Shown here: piece by piece, positions 50,286 to 59,625 of the stretch
Position numbering within the stretch: the first letter of the stretch is position 1
Layout: every line of letters starts with the position of its first letter
DNA from: a virus
Taxonomy: Duplodnaviria; Caudoviricetes
Length of the DNA: 64,000 nucleotides
Direction: 5' to 3' (one strand)
IMG/VR virus record: IMGVR_UViG_3300031784_000002
Notes under the pieces: generated by a model
Seen by the model: only the letters and a program-made list of their open reading frames with translations
Databases searched by the model: none
Told to the model about the DNA's origin: nothing
Program-made: the position numbers and the translations under genes

Positions 50286-50708
50286 ATGAAAACGTTTAAA
50301 GATTTTTGTGCAGAGGCATATTCTATTGATGAAATGGCAATGAATCCAAAGAGTCGTTTTGTTACTCAGGGTCAGATGAGAAATTATGAAAAAGATAGAA
50401 TTGGATCCCAGAGTTTTTCTGATAGAGGTGGATATGCAGGACTCAAAGCAGGTGGTGGCCAAGCAGCATTGAAAAAAGGAAGTAGTGTCAGTGATGTTCT
50501 TTATGCGGGACAAAAAGCAAAGCAAGCAAAGGCACAACAAGATTTTTCAAATAAAATAAACAGACCTACTCAACATCAATCTGGACCAGCAAAGAAACCA
50601 ATGGATGATTTTGCTGCTGGTGGTGGAAATGCTAAGATGAAATCAACTGGTATGACTAAAGATCAAGTGATTGCACTTGGAAAGAAAAACGTATCTAATC
50701 AAAAGTAA
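50286..50708 (+). CDS. Putative internal head protein with a T4 capsid-targeting-like N-terminus
   Basis: It begins MKTFKDFCAEA, compared with the T4 IPIII CTS MKTYQEFIAE. The rest is K/G/Q-rich and low-complexity. Confidence 0.6.
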   Translation: MKTFKDFCAEAYSIDEMAMNPKSRFVTQGQMRNYEKDRIGSQSFSDRGGYAGLKAGGGQAALKKGSSVSDVLYAGQKAKQAKAQQDFSNKINRPTQHQSGPAKKPMDDFAAGGGNAKMKSTGMTKDQVIALGKKNVSNQK

Positions 50709-50709
50709 T

Positions 50710-52356
50710 ATGGAAAAACTCACCTTTAAAGAGTGGTCTATTCTTGCAGACCTAGAAACTATCGCACCTCTTGGAGAGGACTTTGAGTTTTCTATGGCTC
50801 GTGGAGAACTTAAGACTGCTCAGGCAGCTATTACAAGATTGATGACTAAACTTAAGGGTGAGGGAGATTTGGAGGCATGGGTGCAATCCAAAATCACTAA
50901 GGCCGCAGAATATCTTGACACCGTAGCCGACCATCTTTCTCATGGTGAGGATGATACAGAAAGAACGAAAGAAGTCAAGGAAGGTTTCAAAGGCCACAAG
51001 TCTGTAGAAGAAATTGCAAAAAAGCATAAAGTATCTCCATCGGTAATTCAAAAACAACTTGAGATGGGGATGAAAGTAGAACATGAGCATACAACAGATA
51101 ATGATGAGGCAATGGATATTGCCTTACAACATCTAGATGAAATTCCAAACTACTACTCCAAACTCAAGAAGATGGAGAAAGTAAAAGAGGAGTGGACAGA
51201 AATTCATGATGCAAATGGTAATACTTTTGCACATGTTGTTGATATCATTAAGGGATCTGATTATAAGTTCAAGAGTTTTACTGCACCAGTAAACGAGAAG
51301 TGTTGGGATGGTTATAAACAAGTTGGAATGAAGAAAAAAGGAAAAAAAGTAGTTCCTAATTGTGTGAAGGAGGATTTTATTGATGAAGCCAACAAGAGTG
51401 GTGATAGTTCTCTGCGTGACTGGTTTACTAAGAGTCGCGCTTCTGATGGCACCCCTGGTTGGGTTCAACTGGGTGGTAAATACGCAGGACAACCCTGTGC
51501 AAAACAACCAGGACAAACAACCAAACCAAAGTGCGGTTCAAGCAAAATGAAATCAGACCTCTCTGATAAAGAAGAGGAGAGTGCATTCCGTCGTAAGAAT
51601 CAGGAAGATCCAAATCCCGATAGAAAGGGTAAGGCTAAGATGGTTGCGACTGAAGAAAAGGATGCATGTTATTCAAAGGTAAAATCTCGTTATTCGGTTT
51701 GGCCTTCCGCATATGCATCTGGAGCACTAGTTAAGTGCCGTAAAGTCGGTGCAAAAAATTGGGGTAATAAGACTAAAAAGGAGTCTTTTGAACTTCAAGA
51801 AATGGGTGAAATTCAAAGATATTGTCCTAAGTGTAAAAAGAATGAGACGATGAAGGACTGTAGATATGGTGAGGGATATTGGAAAATGTTCTCACTTCCT
51901 GCATCATTAGCCCCAGATCCTTATGATCCCAATGATATTCATCCCGCTAATGAGGGAATGAGTTTTGAAATTGGTTCTGGTCATAAACAGGCGCAGAAAC
52001 AAGCAAAGATCAGAAATCTTGCAACAGGAACTAATAATCCCAATGAAAAGTCTGCTGCCCTCAGGAAACTAACTGGACCTTCACTTCCTCTTGCAGATTC
52101 AGTAATCCAACCAGGACAACTGACAAATGAGGACTATCAACGGATACAATCCACTGGAAATGTTTATACTATACTCTTCTCATGGAGAGGTAGACCGATG
52201 ATGAATCTCCAATTCTTTTTCCCAAACATGAAGAGACCATCAAAAGATGAAGTTAAAAAGGAAATTGAGAAGTTCTATCCTGGTGCAGTTATAATGCAAT
52301 GGTATCCAAGTCCTACTGATCCATCTAAACCAATTGTAGTGATTCCAGGTAATTGA
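50710..52356 (+). CDS. Mosaic multi-module protein, putative internal head polyprotein (548 aa from the ATG at 50710)
   Basis: The ATG lies 2 nt after the upstream stop. It begins MEKLTFKEW. It has discrete modules (HLDEIPNYYSKL; CWDGYKQVGMKKKGKKVVPNCV; KDACYSKVKSRYSVWPSAYASG) separated by x-x-E linkers. Confidence 0.7.
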   Translation: MEKLTFKEWSILADLETIAPLGEDFEFSMARGELKTAQAAITRLMTKLKGEGDLEAWVQSKITKAAEYLDTVADHLSHGEDDTERTKEVKEGFKGHKSVEEIAKKHKVSPSVIQKQLEMGMKVEHEHTTDNDEAMDIALQHLDEIPNYYSKLKKMEKVKEEWTEIHDANGNTFAHVVDIIKGSDYKFKSFTAPVNEKCWDGYKQVGMKKKGKKVVPNCVKEDFIDEANKSGDSSLRDWFTKSRASDGTPGWVQLGGKYAGQPCAKQPGQTTKPKCGSSKMKSDLSDKEEESAFRRKNQEDPNPDRKGKAKMVATEEKDACYSKVKSRYSVWPSAYASGALVKCRKVGAKNWGNKTKKESFELQEMGEIQRYCPKCKKNETMKDCRYGEGYWKMFSLPASLAPDPYDPNDIHPANEGMSFEIGSGHKQAQKQAKIRNLATGTNNPNEKSAALRKLTGPSLPLADSVIQPGQLTNEDYQRIQSTGNVYTILFSWRGRPMMNLQFFFPNMKRPSKDEVKKEIEKFYPGAVIMQWYPSPTDPSKPIVVIPGN

Positions 52357-52357
52357 A

Positions 52358-52534
52358 ATGAATATTGACCCCTCTGAAATTGAACTTTCGGATATTAATA
52401 AGATGTTGATTTATGAACAACAGGCAAGGGTTATAGATAAATTAGATAGAGAAGAAGCAATAGAGTTTGCAAAGGCTTATTTTAAACTTTATCTCAAACA
52501 ACAGGAAGTAGTAGCAAGTTTAGTTAAATTATAA
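52358..52534 (+). CDS. nblA: NblA-like phycobilisome degradation adaptor, 58 aa (not in the ORF track)
   Basis: Manual translation gives MNIDPSEIELSDINKMLIYEQQARVIDKLDREEAIEFAKAYFKLYLKQQEVVASLVKL. It fills the gap between 52356 and 52544 exactly. Size and helix-turn-helix pattern resemble NblA. Confidence 0.6.
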   Translation: MNIDPSEIELSDINKMLIYEQQARVIDKLDREEAIEFAKAYFKLYLKQQEVVASLVKL

Positions 52535-52543
52535 TTTTATACT

Positions 52544-54193
52544 ATGAATGATCAAGTATATCTTGGCAATCCCAATCTTAAGAAGGCTAATGTAGCCGTA
52601 GAATTTACGCAGGATCAAGTTCTTGAATTCGTCAAGTGCAAGAATGATCCTGTATATTTTGCTAAAAATTATATCAAGATTGTTTCTCTGGACCATGGTG
52701 AGATACCTTTCAAGATGTATCCGTTCCAGGAAAAATTAATTAATAATTTCCACGAGAACCGATTCAACATTTGTAGGATGCCTCGTCAGACAGGTAAATC
52801 TACAACTTGTGTTTCATATTTGTTACATTATGCGGTGTTTAACGATAATGTCAATATAGCTATTCTAGCGAACAAAGCATCCACTGCACAGGATCTACTG
52901 AGTAGATTACAATTTGCATACGAGAAACTGCCAAAGTGGATGCAACAAGGTATTGTATCATGGAATAAACGATCACTAGAACTAGAAAATGGTTCCAAAA
53001 TTATCGCAGCGTCTACTTCTGCATCTGCTGTCCGAGGCGGATCATATAATGTCATCTTTTTGGACGAATTCGCATTCATCCCAAATCACATTGCTGATGA
53101 ATTCTTTGCCTCTGTTTATCCTACTATTTCGTCAGGTAAAAGCACAAAAGTCCTGATTGTTTCTACCCCAAAGGGTATGAACCACTTCTACCGTATCTGG
53201 CATGATGCGGAGAGGGGTAAGAACGAATACATACCTACAGACGTACATTGGTCTGAAGTCCCTGGCAGGGACGATAAGTGGAAAGCCCAGACAATTGCAA
53301 ATACTTCCGAACAACAATTCAAAGTTGAGTTTGAATGCGAATTCCTAGGATCTGTCGATACTCTTGTATCTGCAGCAAAACTCAGATCCTTGGTTTATGA
53401 AGATCCAATCAAGTCAAATGCGGGTTTGGATATCTACGAAGAACCTCAGAAAGACCACAACTATGTTGTTACAGTAGACGTTGCTCGTGGAGTAGAAAAA
53501 GATTATTCTGCATTTACGATTTGTGATACTACATCATTCCCATATAGATTAGTAGCAAAATATAGAGACAACCAAATAAAACCAATGTTGTTTCCAAGTA
53601 TTATCAAAGATCTTGCAGTTGCATATAACAAAGCATATATTCTTGTAGAGGTTAATGATATTGGAGAACAAGTAGGACAAATTCTACATATGGATTTGGA
53701 ATATGATAATGTTCTCATGTGTACAATGAGAGGTCGTGCTGGACAACTGGTTGGTCAGGGATTTTCTGGAAAGAAATCTCAAATGGGCGTCAAGATGTCC
53801 AAGAATGTCAAAAAGATTGGATGTATGAATCTTAAGACATTAATTGAAGGAGATAAATTGGATATTAAAGATTATGATACTATTAGTGAACTAACCACTT
53901 TCATTCAAAAATCAAATTCATTTGAAGCTGAAGATGGTTGTAATGATGACCTCGCAATGTGTCTAGTAATTTTTGCTTGGTTAATTGCACAACCTTATTT
54001 CAAAGAGATGACGGACAATGATGTTCGTAAAAGATTATATGAGGAACAAAAGAATCAAATAGAACAAGATATGGCTCCTTTTGGATTTATTTCTGATGGT
54101 TTAGATAGTGGAGAGAGTTTTGTTGATGAAGATGGAGATCGTTGGCACGTTGATGAATATGGAGATATGCAATATATGTGGGATTACCGATAA
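52544..54193 (+). CDS. gp17: Terminase large subunit gp17
   Basis: YLGNPNLK, Walker A RQTGKST, Walker B VIFLDEFAF, and nuclease motifs VTVDVARG and DDLAM. Confidence 0.98.
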   Translation: MNDQVYLGNPNLKKANVAVEFTQDQVLEFVKCKNDPVYFAKNYIKIVSLDHGEIPFKMYPFQEKLINNFHENRFNICRMPRQTGKSTTCVSYLLHYAVFNDNVNIAILANKASTAQDLLSRLQFAYEKLPKWMQQGIVSWNKRSLELENGSKIIAASTSASAVRGGSYNVIFLDEFAFIPNHIADEFFASVYPTISSGKSTKVLIVSTPKGMNHFYRIWHDAERGKNEYIPTDVHWSEVPGRDDKWKAQTIANTSEQQFKVEFECEFLGSVDTLVSAAKLRSLVYEDPIKSNAGLDIYEEPQKDHNYVVTVDVARGVEKDYSAFTICDTTSFPYRLVAKYRDNQIKPMLFPSIIKDLAVAYNKAYILVEVNDIGEQVGQILHMDLEYDNVLMCTMRGRAGQLVGQGFSGKKSQMGVKMSKNVKKIGCMNLKTLIEGDKLDIKDYDTISELTTFIQKSNSFEAEDGCNDDLAMCLVIFAWLIAQPYFKEMTDNDVRKRLYEEQKNQIEQDMAPFGFISDGLDSGESFVDEDGDRWHVDEYGDMQYMWDYR

Positions 54194-54423
54194 TGAATTT
54201 AGATAATCAGTTTGAATTAGAACATTTATTTTTAACTGAACGAAAGTGTAGAGTTTGTAAGGAAATAAAAGATTTAATTGATGGATTTTATCTAACTCGT
54301 AGTGGTAGAGGTCACATTCCCTCTGCGTATTCATATGAATGTAAAGAGTGTACTAAGAAACGAATTATCAGTAATAGAAAACAAAAACCCACAGATTCAT
54401 ACTGGCAATATCCTGATTGGTAG
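54193..54423 (+). CDS. Small Zn-finger protein (CxxC...CxxC), endonuclease-VII N-terminal-like
   Basis: CRVC...SYECKEC. The likely start is the ATG at 54193, overlapping the gp17 stop (TAATG). Confidence 0.7.
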   Translation: MNLDNQFELEHLFLTERKCRVCKEIKDLIDGFYLTRSGRGHIPSAYSYECKECTKKRIISNRKQKPTDSYWQYPDW

Positions 54424-54461
54424 TGTTCACTGTCCGTTTCCCCAATATAAAGTTAGCAAAT

Positions 54462-54469
54462 AATAAATA
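54462..54469 (+). promoter_or_regulatory. Late promoter AATAAATA for gp18
   Basis: NATAAATA upstream of the GAGGG SD and the ATG at 54506. Confidence 0.75.
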
Positions 54470-54505
54470 TTTGTAGTCAAGTTGAACTTCTTCAGAGGGA
54501 AAGAC

Positions 54506-56902
54506 ATGTCGCTAAACTTAGTATCACCTGGCATAAAAGTTCGAGAAGTTGATCTTACTGTAGGTAGAATCGATGCAGTAAATGATCAAGTAGGTGCTTT
54601 TGCTGGACCTTTTGAGAAAGGACCAGTAGGCGAGCCAGTTCTTATAGAAACCGAACAGGATTTATTGAACACTTTTGGTAAACCATCTAATTCTGATGGT
54701 CAAGCCGAGTATTGGTTATCCGCTTCATCATATCTCTCATATGGAGGAACCCTACGAGTAGTTAGAACGGATTCCAGTAATTTGAGAAATGCAAATTATC
54801 CCGTATCTACTCCTGTTAATTTAAAAATTACTGGACAAGAAGATTATAACAACAATCATGCCACAGATAGTGATTGGATTTTTGCGGCTAAGAATCCAGG
54901 ATCATGGGGCAATGGATTAAAAGTTTGCGTTATTGATGCTTTCGCAGATCAAAGAATAGCTATTGGAACTTTTGGCATCTCTGCTGGATTTGCTATTACT
55001 TGTTCAATCGGAACCAGTTACGCTACCCCTAATGGAACCGTTGAAAATTTTGATGGATACGTTAAGGGAATCGTTACTAAAGTAAATGTCGGTAACATTG
55101 ACGTAAAGGTAATAAGTCGTCACAATAATGTCACAGGTCTTTCTACTGAAATTACATATGCATCATCAGGATTAAATAGAATTCCCGATGGTCCAGGAAA
55201 TTATTATCAATTGTTTAATAATGTTGGAACCGCTACTTCATTAGAAAAGTTTAGATTTGATGGAAATGCAACGATCGGAATTGGATCTACAACTATTGCC
55301 TTCCCATCCGCATTAGATGCAACCTCTGTTAATGTTGGTGATCTAATCCAAACTTTAAATGGTGCATTATCTGCTAGAGTTGTTGGTGTCAGCACAGGTC
55401 AAGTTGTAATTGATTCCGCATCTCCAGTATCAATAGCTTCGACTACATTAGTAGTAAGATATACAAGAAGTATTTCTGATGGAACTAATGGTTTTGGTGA
55501 AGGTTTACTTACAGGTAATAGTACCGTTTCTCTAGATTGGTATGATCAACAGACTTTAGGATTATCAAATTCTACCGTTTTCTGGAAATCAATTGCACCA
55601 AAACCAGGAACATCTCAGTATGCTATTGAAAGATCTGGAAAAAATGACGAGATTCATGTCGTTGTTGTGGATGAAAATGGTTCAATAACTGGAACATCTG
55701 GTAATATTTTAGAAAAGTATACAAATCTATCTAAGGCTGTTGACGGTAAGATTTCTCCTTCGGAGAATATTTACTACAAAGATTATCTTGGAAATGTATC
55801 TTCATATATTTTTGTTGGTACTAGTGATTCAGTTACTGGGGTCAAATTCACCTCTATTGATGGATACGTTCAAGCTAGTGGTGGTTCCATAGCTAGTGGA
55901 CAAAATGCTACTGGGGTTAATTTTGGATGTTTTGGAAATAAATCGTATTCATTCAGTAATGGATATGATTATTCTTCAGCGACTGGAGGAATGGCAGCAA
56001 CTTTAGCTGACGTTATAAGTTCCTATGAAGTCTTTAGAAATCCTGCGGAATATGATATTAATTTCTTGATTGCAGGTCCTGATGGAGGACCAGCTATATT
56101 CGATTCACAAGCCAAAGCAAATAGACTAATTGATATTGCAGAAGCTAGAAAAGATTGTATTGCTTGCATTTCTCCAAGAAAATCGGGAGTTGTTAATATT
56201 GCAAATAGTGACCTCCAAACAGATAATATTATTAAATTCTTTGATGCTATAACTTCTTCTTCATATGCGGTATTTGATTCTGGTTATAAGTATATGTTTG
56301 ATAGATTTAATAATTCATTTAGATATGTTCCATTGAATGGTGATATTGCTGGATTAATGGCAAGAACATCAATTAATAATTATCCATGGTTCTCTCCTGC
56401 TGGATCTTCAAGAGGAGTAATCAACAATGCAATTAAACTTGCATATAATCCTTCACAAGCACAAAGAGATTTACTCTATCCTAAGAGAATTAATCCAGTA
56501 ATCTTCTCACCAGGAGCTGGAATCCTTCTTTTCGGTGATAAGACTGCTTTATCTGTTGCTAGTGCTTTTGATAGAATTAACGTTCGTCGTTTATTCTTAA
56601 CTATCGAAGATACAATTTCTAGAGCTGCTAGATCTCAACTATTTGAATTCAATGATGTTATCACCAGAAACAACTTTGTTAATATTGTTGAACCATATCT
56701 ACGCGATGTTAAAGCAAAGAGAGGAATTACAGACTTCCTCGTTGTTTGCGATGAATCAAACAACACTCCAGATGTAATTGATTCAAATCAATTTAGGGCT
56801 GATATTTTCATTAAACCTGCAAGATCGATTAACTTTATTGGTCTTACTTTTGTTGCTAATAGAACTGGTATTAGTTTTGAAGAGGTTGTTGGAACCGTTT
56901 AA
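54506..56902 (+). CDS. gp18: Tail sheath protein gp18
   Basis: LVSPGIKVREVDLT, PWFSPAGSSRG, SAFDRINVRRLF and KPARSINFIGLTFVA motifs. The start at the ATG at 54506 follows an SD. Confidence 0.97.
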   Translation: MSLNLVSPGIKVREVDLTVGRIDAVNDQVGAFAGPFEKGPVGEPVLIETEQDLLNTFGKPSNSDGQAEYWLSASSYLSYGGTLRVVRTDSSNLRNANYPVSTPVNLKITGQEDYNNNHATDSDWIFAAKNPGSWGNGLKVCVIDAFADQRIAIGTFGISAGFAITCSIGTSYATPNGTVENFDGYVKGIVTKVNVGNIDVKVISRHNNVTGLSTEITYASSGLNRIPDGPGNYYQLFNNVGTATSLEKFRFDGNATIGIGSTTIAFPSALDATSVNVGDLIQTLNGALSARVVGVSTGQVVIDSASPVSIASTTLVVRYTRSISDGTNGFGEGLLTGNSTVSLDWYDQQTLGLSNSTVFWKSIAPKPGTSQYAIERSGKNDEIHVVVVDENGSITGTSGNILEKYTNLSKAVDGKISPSENIYYKDYLGNVSSYIFVGTSDSVTGVKFTSIDGYVQASGGSIASGQNATGVNFGCFGNKSYSFSNGYDYSSATGGMAATLADVISSYEVFRNPAEYDINFLIAGPDGGPAIFDSQAKANRLIDIAEARKDCIACISPRKSGVVNIANSDLQTDNIIKFFDAITSSSYAVFDSGYKYMFDRFNNSFRYVPLNGDIAGLMARTSINNYPWFSPAGSSRGVINNAIKLAYNPSQAQRDLLYPKRINPVIFSPGAGILLFGDKTALSVASAFDRINVRRLFLTIEDTISRAARSQLFEFNDVITRNNFVNIVEPYLRDVKAKRGITDFLVVCDESNNTPDVIDSNQFRADIFIKPARSINFIGLTFVANRTGISFEEVVGTV

Positions 56903-56937
56903 TTTATTAAAACATCAATCCCTACAGAGGTAAAAAA

Positions 56938-57630
56938 ATGGCATTTTCAAATACCCCAAGTTTTGGCTCCAGAACTTTAGAAGACTTTAAAGCAAGGTTA
57001 ATTGGTGGAGCAGCTCGTCCAAATCTTTTTGAAGTTGAGTTAAACTTCCCAACATTTGCAACTGAATCAACTACAACTGCAAGTGTCGATCAAACTAGAT
57101 CTATAAGTGAACTTTCTAGATTCATGATCAAATCTGCAAATCTACCAGCATCAAATGTTGGTGTTATCGAAGTTCCTTTTAGAGGAAGAACTTTAAAAAT
57201 TGCAGGAGATAGAACGTTTGATGTTTGGACAGTTACAATTATCAACGATGTTGATTTTACTATTAGAACTGCTTTTGAAAAGTGGATGAACGCTATCAAC
57301 AAACATGATGATAACTCTGGACTTATTAACCCTTCACAATATCAGAGAGATGCTATTGTGAAACAGTTTGGTAGAACGTCTGTTGCATCTGCACAGTCAA
57401 ATGTTTCTAACCCAATTACAACTAATGCTGGAGATCCAATTCCAGTTCTTAAAGCCTATAAGTTTTATGGAATATTTCCAACTGCTATTAGTGCGATTGA
57501 TTTATCATATGATTCCTCAGATACAATTGAAGAATTTACGGTAGATCTTCAGGTTCAGTGGTGGGATGCATTAGATTCAAATGGAACAACTCAGTTAGGT
57601 ACTGATCCACAAGTTGTGAACCCTCTATAA
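56938..57630 (+). CDS. gp19: Tail tube protein gp19
   Basis: GGAARPNLFEVEL, VPFRGRTLKIAGDRTFDVWTVT and IEEFTVDLQVQWW motifs. Confidence 0.97.
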   Translation: MAFSNTPSFGSRTLEDFKARLIGGAARPNLFEVELNFPTFATESTTTASVDQTRSISELSRFMIKSANLPASNVGVIEVPFRGRTLKIAGDRTFDVWTVTIINDVDFTIRTAFEKWMNAINKHDDNSGLINPSQYQRDAIVKQFGRTSVASAQSNVSNPITTNAGDPIPVLKAYKFYGIFPTAISAIDLSYDSSDTIEEFTVDLQVQWWDALDSNGTTQLGTDPQVVNPL

Positions 57631-57633
57631 ATA
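57626..57633 (+). promoter_or_regulatory. Late promoter TATAAATA for gp20
   Basis: Exact consensus overlapping the gp19 stop. Confidence 0.85.
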
Positions 57634-57660
57634 GTACAAATAGAGTTAAATATTTGAATA

Positions 57661-59364
57661 ATGCCTAAATTATTTGGTTTCAAAATCCAAGATTCGGAGG
57701 ACGATAGATCAAAAAAATCTATCGTCTCTCCTGTTCCGGAGAATCAAGAAGATTCTTCGGACTTTTATGTGTCTAGTGGATTTTATGGACAGTATGTTGA
57801 TATTGAAGGTGTTTATAAGTCCGAGTACGATTTAATTAAAAGATATCGTGAAATGGCAATTCATCCTGAAGTTGATGGAGCTATTGAAGATATTATTAAT
57901 GAAGCAATTGTTTCTGATCAAAACGACTCTCCAGTTCAAATCGATTTACAAAATGTTCCTGCTTCTGACAAACTTAAGTCAATTATCAGAGATGAATTCA
58001 AGTACATCAAAGAAATTTTAGATTTTGATAAAAGATGTCATGAAATAATGAGGAATTGGTACGTTGATGGTAGAATTTATTACCACAAAGTTATTGATTT
58101 ACAAAAACCCGAAGAAGGTATTAAAGAAGTAAGATATATTGATCCTACAAAAATTAAACTTGTAAGAAAAATCAAAAAAGACGGTAAACATGTTCTAAAT
58201 CCATCTTTCACAGTTACAGATGGAAGGACTGCTAATGCTAATATGGTCACTCCAGAAGTGGAGGAATTTTATGAATATGATCCAAACACTAGAGGTGGAC
58301 AGAGAACTAGTACATTTAAAAGCGGTGTTGGTGGGGCTGCAAGAATTTCTAAAGACTCTATTACCTATGTACACTCTGGTTTAGTAGATAGAAATAAACA
58401 GGTTGTTCTTTCATATCTCCACAAAGCAATTAAAGCACTTAATCAACTCCGCATGATTGAAGATAGTCTTGTTATCTATAGATTATCTAGAGCACCAGAA
58501 CGTCGTATTTTTTACATTGACGTTGGTAATCTTCCTAAGATTAAAGCAGAACAATATTTACGAGATGTAATGACTCGTTATCGTAATAAGTTAGTTTACG
58601 ATGCAAATACTGGAGAAATTCGTGATGATAAACGAATGATGGCAATGCTTGAAGATTTCTGGCTTCCTCGTCGTGAAGGTGGTAGAGGAACTGAAATTAC
58701 AACTCTTCCTGGTGGTCAGAATCTCGGAGAACTTGCTGACATTGAGTATTTCCAGAAAAAACTTTTTAGGGCTCTTGGAGTTCCCGAGTCACGCTTAGCT
58801 GGAAGTGGTGGTTTCAATTTGGGACGTTCTTCTGAAATTTTAAGAGATGAAATTAAATTTACAAAATTTGTTGGAAGAATGAGGAAGAGATTTTCATATC
58901 TCTTCACAGATATGTTAAAGACTCAACTCATTCTTAAAAATATTGTTACTCCAGAAGATTGGAAAATTCTTTCTGATCACATTCAATTTGATTTTGTTTA
59001 TGATAATCATTTTGCAGAACTTAAAGAAGCTGAACTTATTCAAAATAGGTTAAATGTTCTTGTTGCGGCTGAACCTTACGTTGGTAAGTATTTCTCGGTA
59101 GAGTATGTAAGAAGACACATTCTCAAACAAACCGATTCGGATATTGTAGAAATAGATGAACAAATAGGGGCAGAACAAGAGGCTGGAATTATTCCACCTC
59201 CAGTTGATCCAAATACTGGATTACCAGTAGGACAAGAACCACCTGTCAATCAAAGTGCAATGGGTGAAGTTCCAATGAATCCAGAAGCTTCAACCGGAGT
59301 TGCTGAACTACCTCCGACTGAAGAAGCTCCAAAAATGACTACACCAAAGGGTGGCAGAATCTAA
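57661..59364 (+). CDS. gp20: Portal protein gp20
   Basis: YREMAIHPEVD, WYVDGRIYYHK, RAPERRIFYIDVGNLPK and MLEDFWLPRREGGRGTEI motifs. Confidence 0.98.
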   Translation: MPKLFGFKIQDSEDDRSKKSIVSPVPENQEDSSDFYVSSGFYGQYVDIEGVYKSEYDLIKRYREMAIHPEVDGAIEDIINEAIVSDQNDSPVQIDLQNVPASDKLKSIIRDEFKYIKEILDFDKRCHEIMRNWYVDGRIYYHKVIDLQKPEEGIKEVRYIDPTKIKLVRKIKKDGKHVLNPSFTVTDGRTANANMVTPEVEEFYEYDPNTRGGQRTSTFKSGVGGAARISKDSITYVHSGLVDRNKQVVLSYLHKAIKALNQLRMIEDSLVIYRLSRAPERRIFYIDVGNLPKIKAEQYLRDVMTRYRNKLVYDANTGEIRDDKRMMAMLEDFWLPRREGGRGTEITTLPGGQNLGELADIEYFQKKLFRALGVPESRLAGSGGFNLGRSSEILRDEIKFTKFVGRMRKRFSYLFTDMLKTQLILKNIVTPEDWKILSDHIQFDFVYDNHFAELKEAELIQNRLNVLVAAEPYVGKYFSVEYVRRHILKQTDSDIVEIDEQIGAEQEAGIIPPPVDPNTGLPVGQEPPVNQSAMGEVPMNPEASTGVAELPPTEEAPKMTTPKGGRI

Positions 59365-59370
59365 TAAATA
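59363..59370 (+). promoter_or_regulatory. Late promoter AATAAATA
   Basis: Overlaps the gp20 stop. Confidence 0.7.
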
Positions 59371-59399
59371 ACTTTTAAGTAAACACTGAATTTAAACCA

Positions 59400-59594
59400 A
59401 TGGATGATCTTATTGATATGATGGCGAGAAACGAATCGCCTGCTGACATTAGTGATAAAATTAAAGAGATTTTGATGCAAAAATCTGCAGAAAATATTGA
59501 AATTATTCGACCAGTAGTTGCTGCTTCATTGTTTGGTGGAGAAGAAACTGAACCTGAAGTAGAAGAAGAAACCTATGAAGAAGACGCAGAATAA
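59400..59594 (+). CDS. Small acidic prohead core protein (gp67-like position)
   Basis: It lies between the portal and protease genes and has an acidic tail. DLIDMM...ISDKIKEIL...KSAE pattern. Confidence 0.7.
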   Translation: MDDLIDMMARNESPADISDKIKEILMQKSAENIEIIRPVVAASLFGGEETEPEVEEETYEEDAE

Positions 59595-59600
59595 TAAATA
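59593..59600 (+). promoter_or_regulatory. Late promoter AATAAATA
   Basis: Overlaps the stop of the 64-aa gene. Confidence 0.7.
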
Positions 59601-59625
59601 ACTATTATAGGACTTTATTATAACG

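Noticed and set aside
26719-54505. Longer TTG starts given by the ORF track (26719, 50671, 54178, 54482)
   Set aside because: These extensions overlap a terminator, upstream genes or promoters. Downstream ATGs (26776, 50710, 54193, 54506) fit translational coupling or SD position better.
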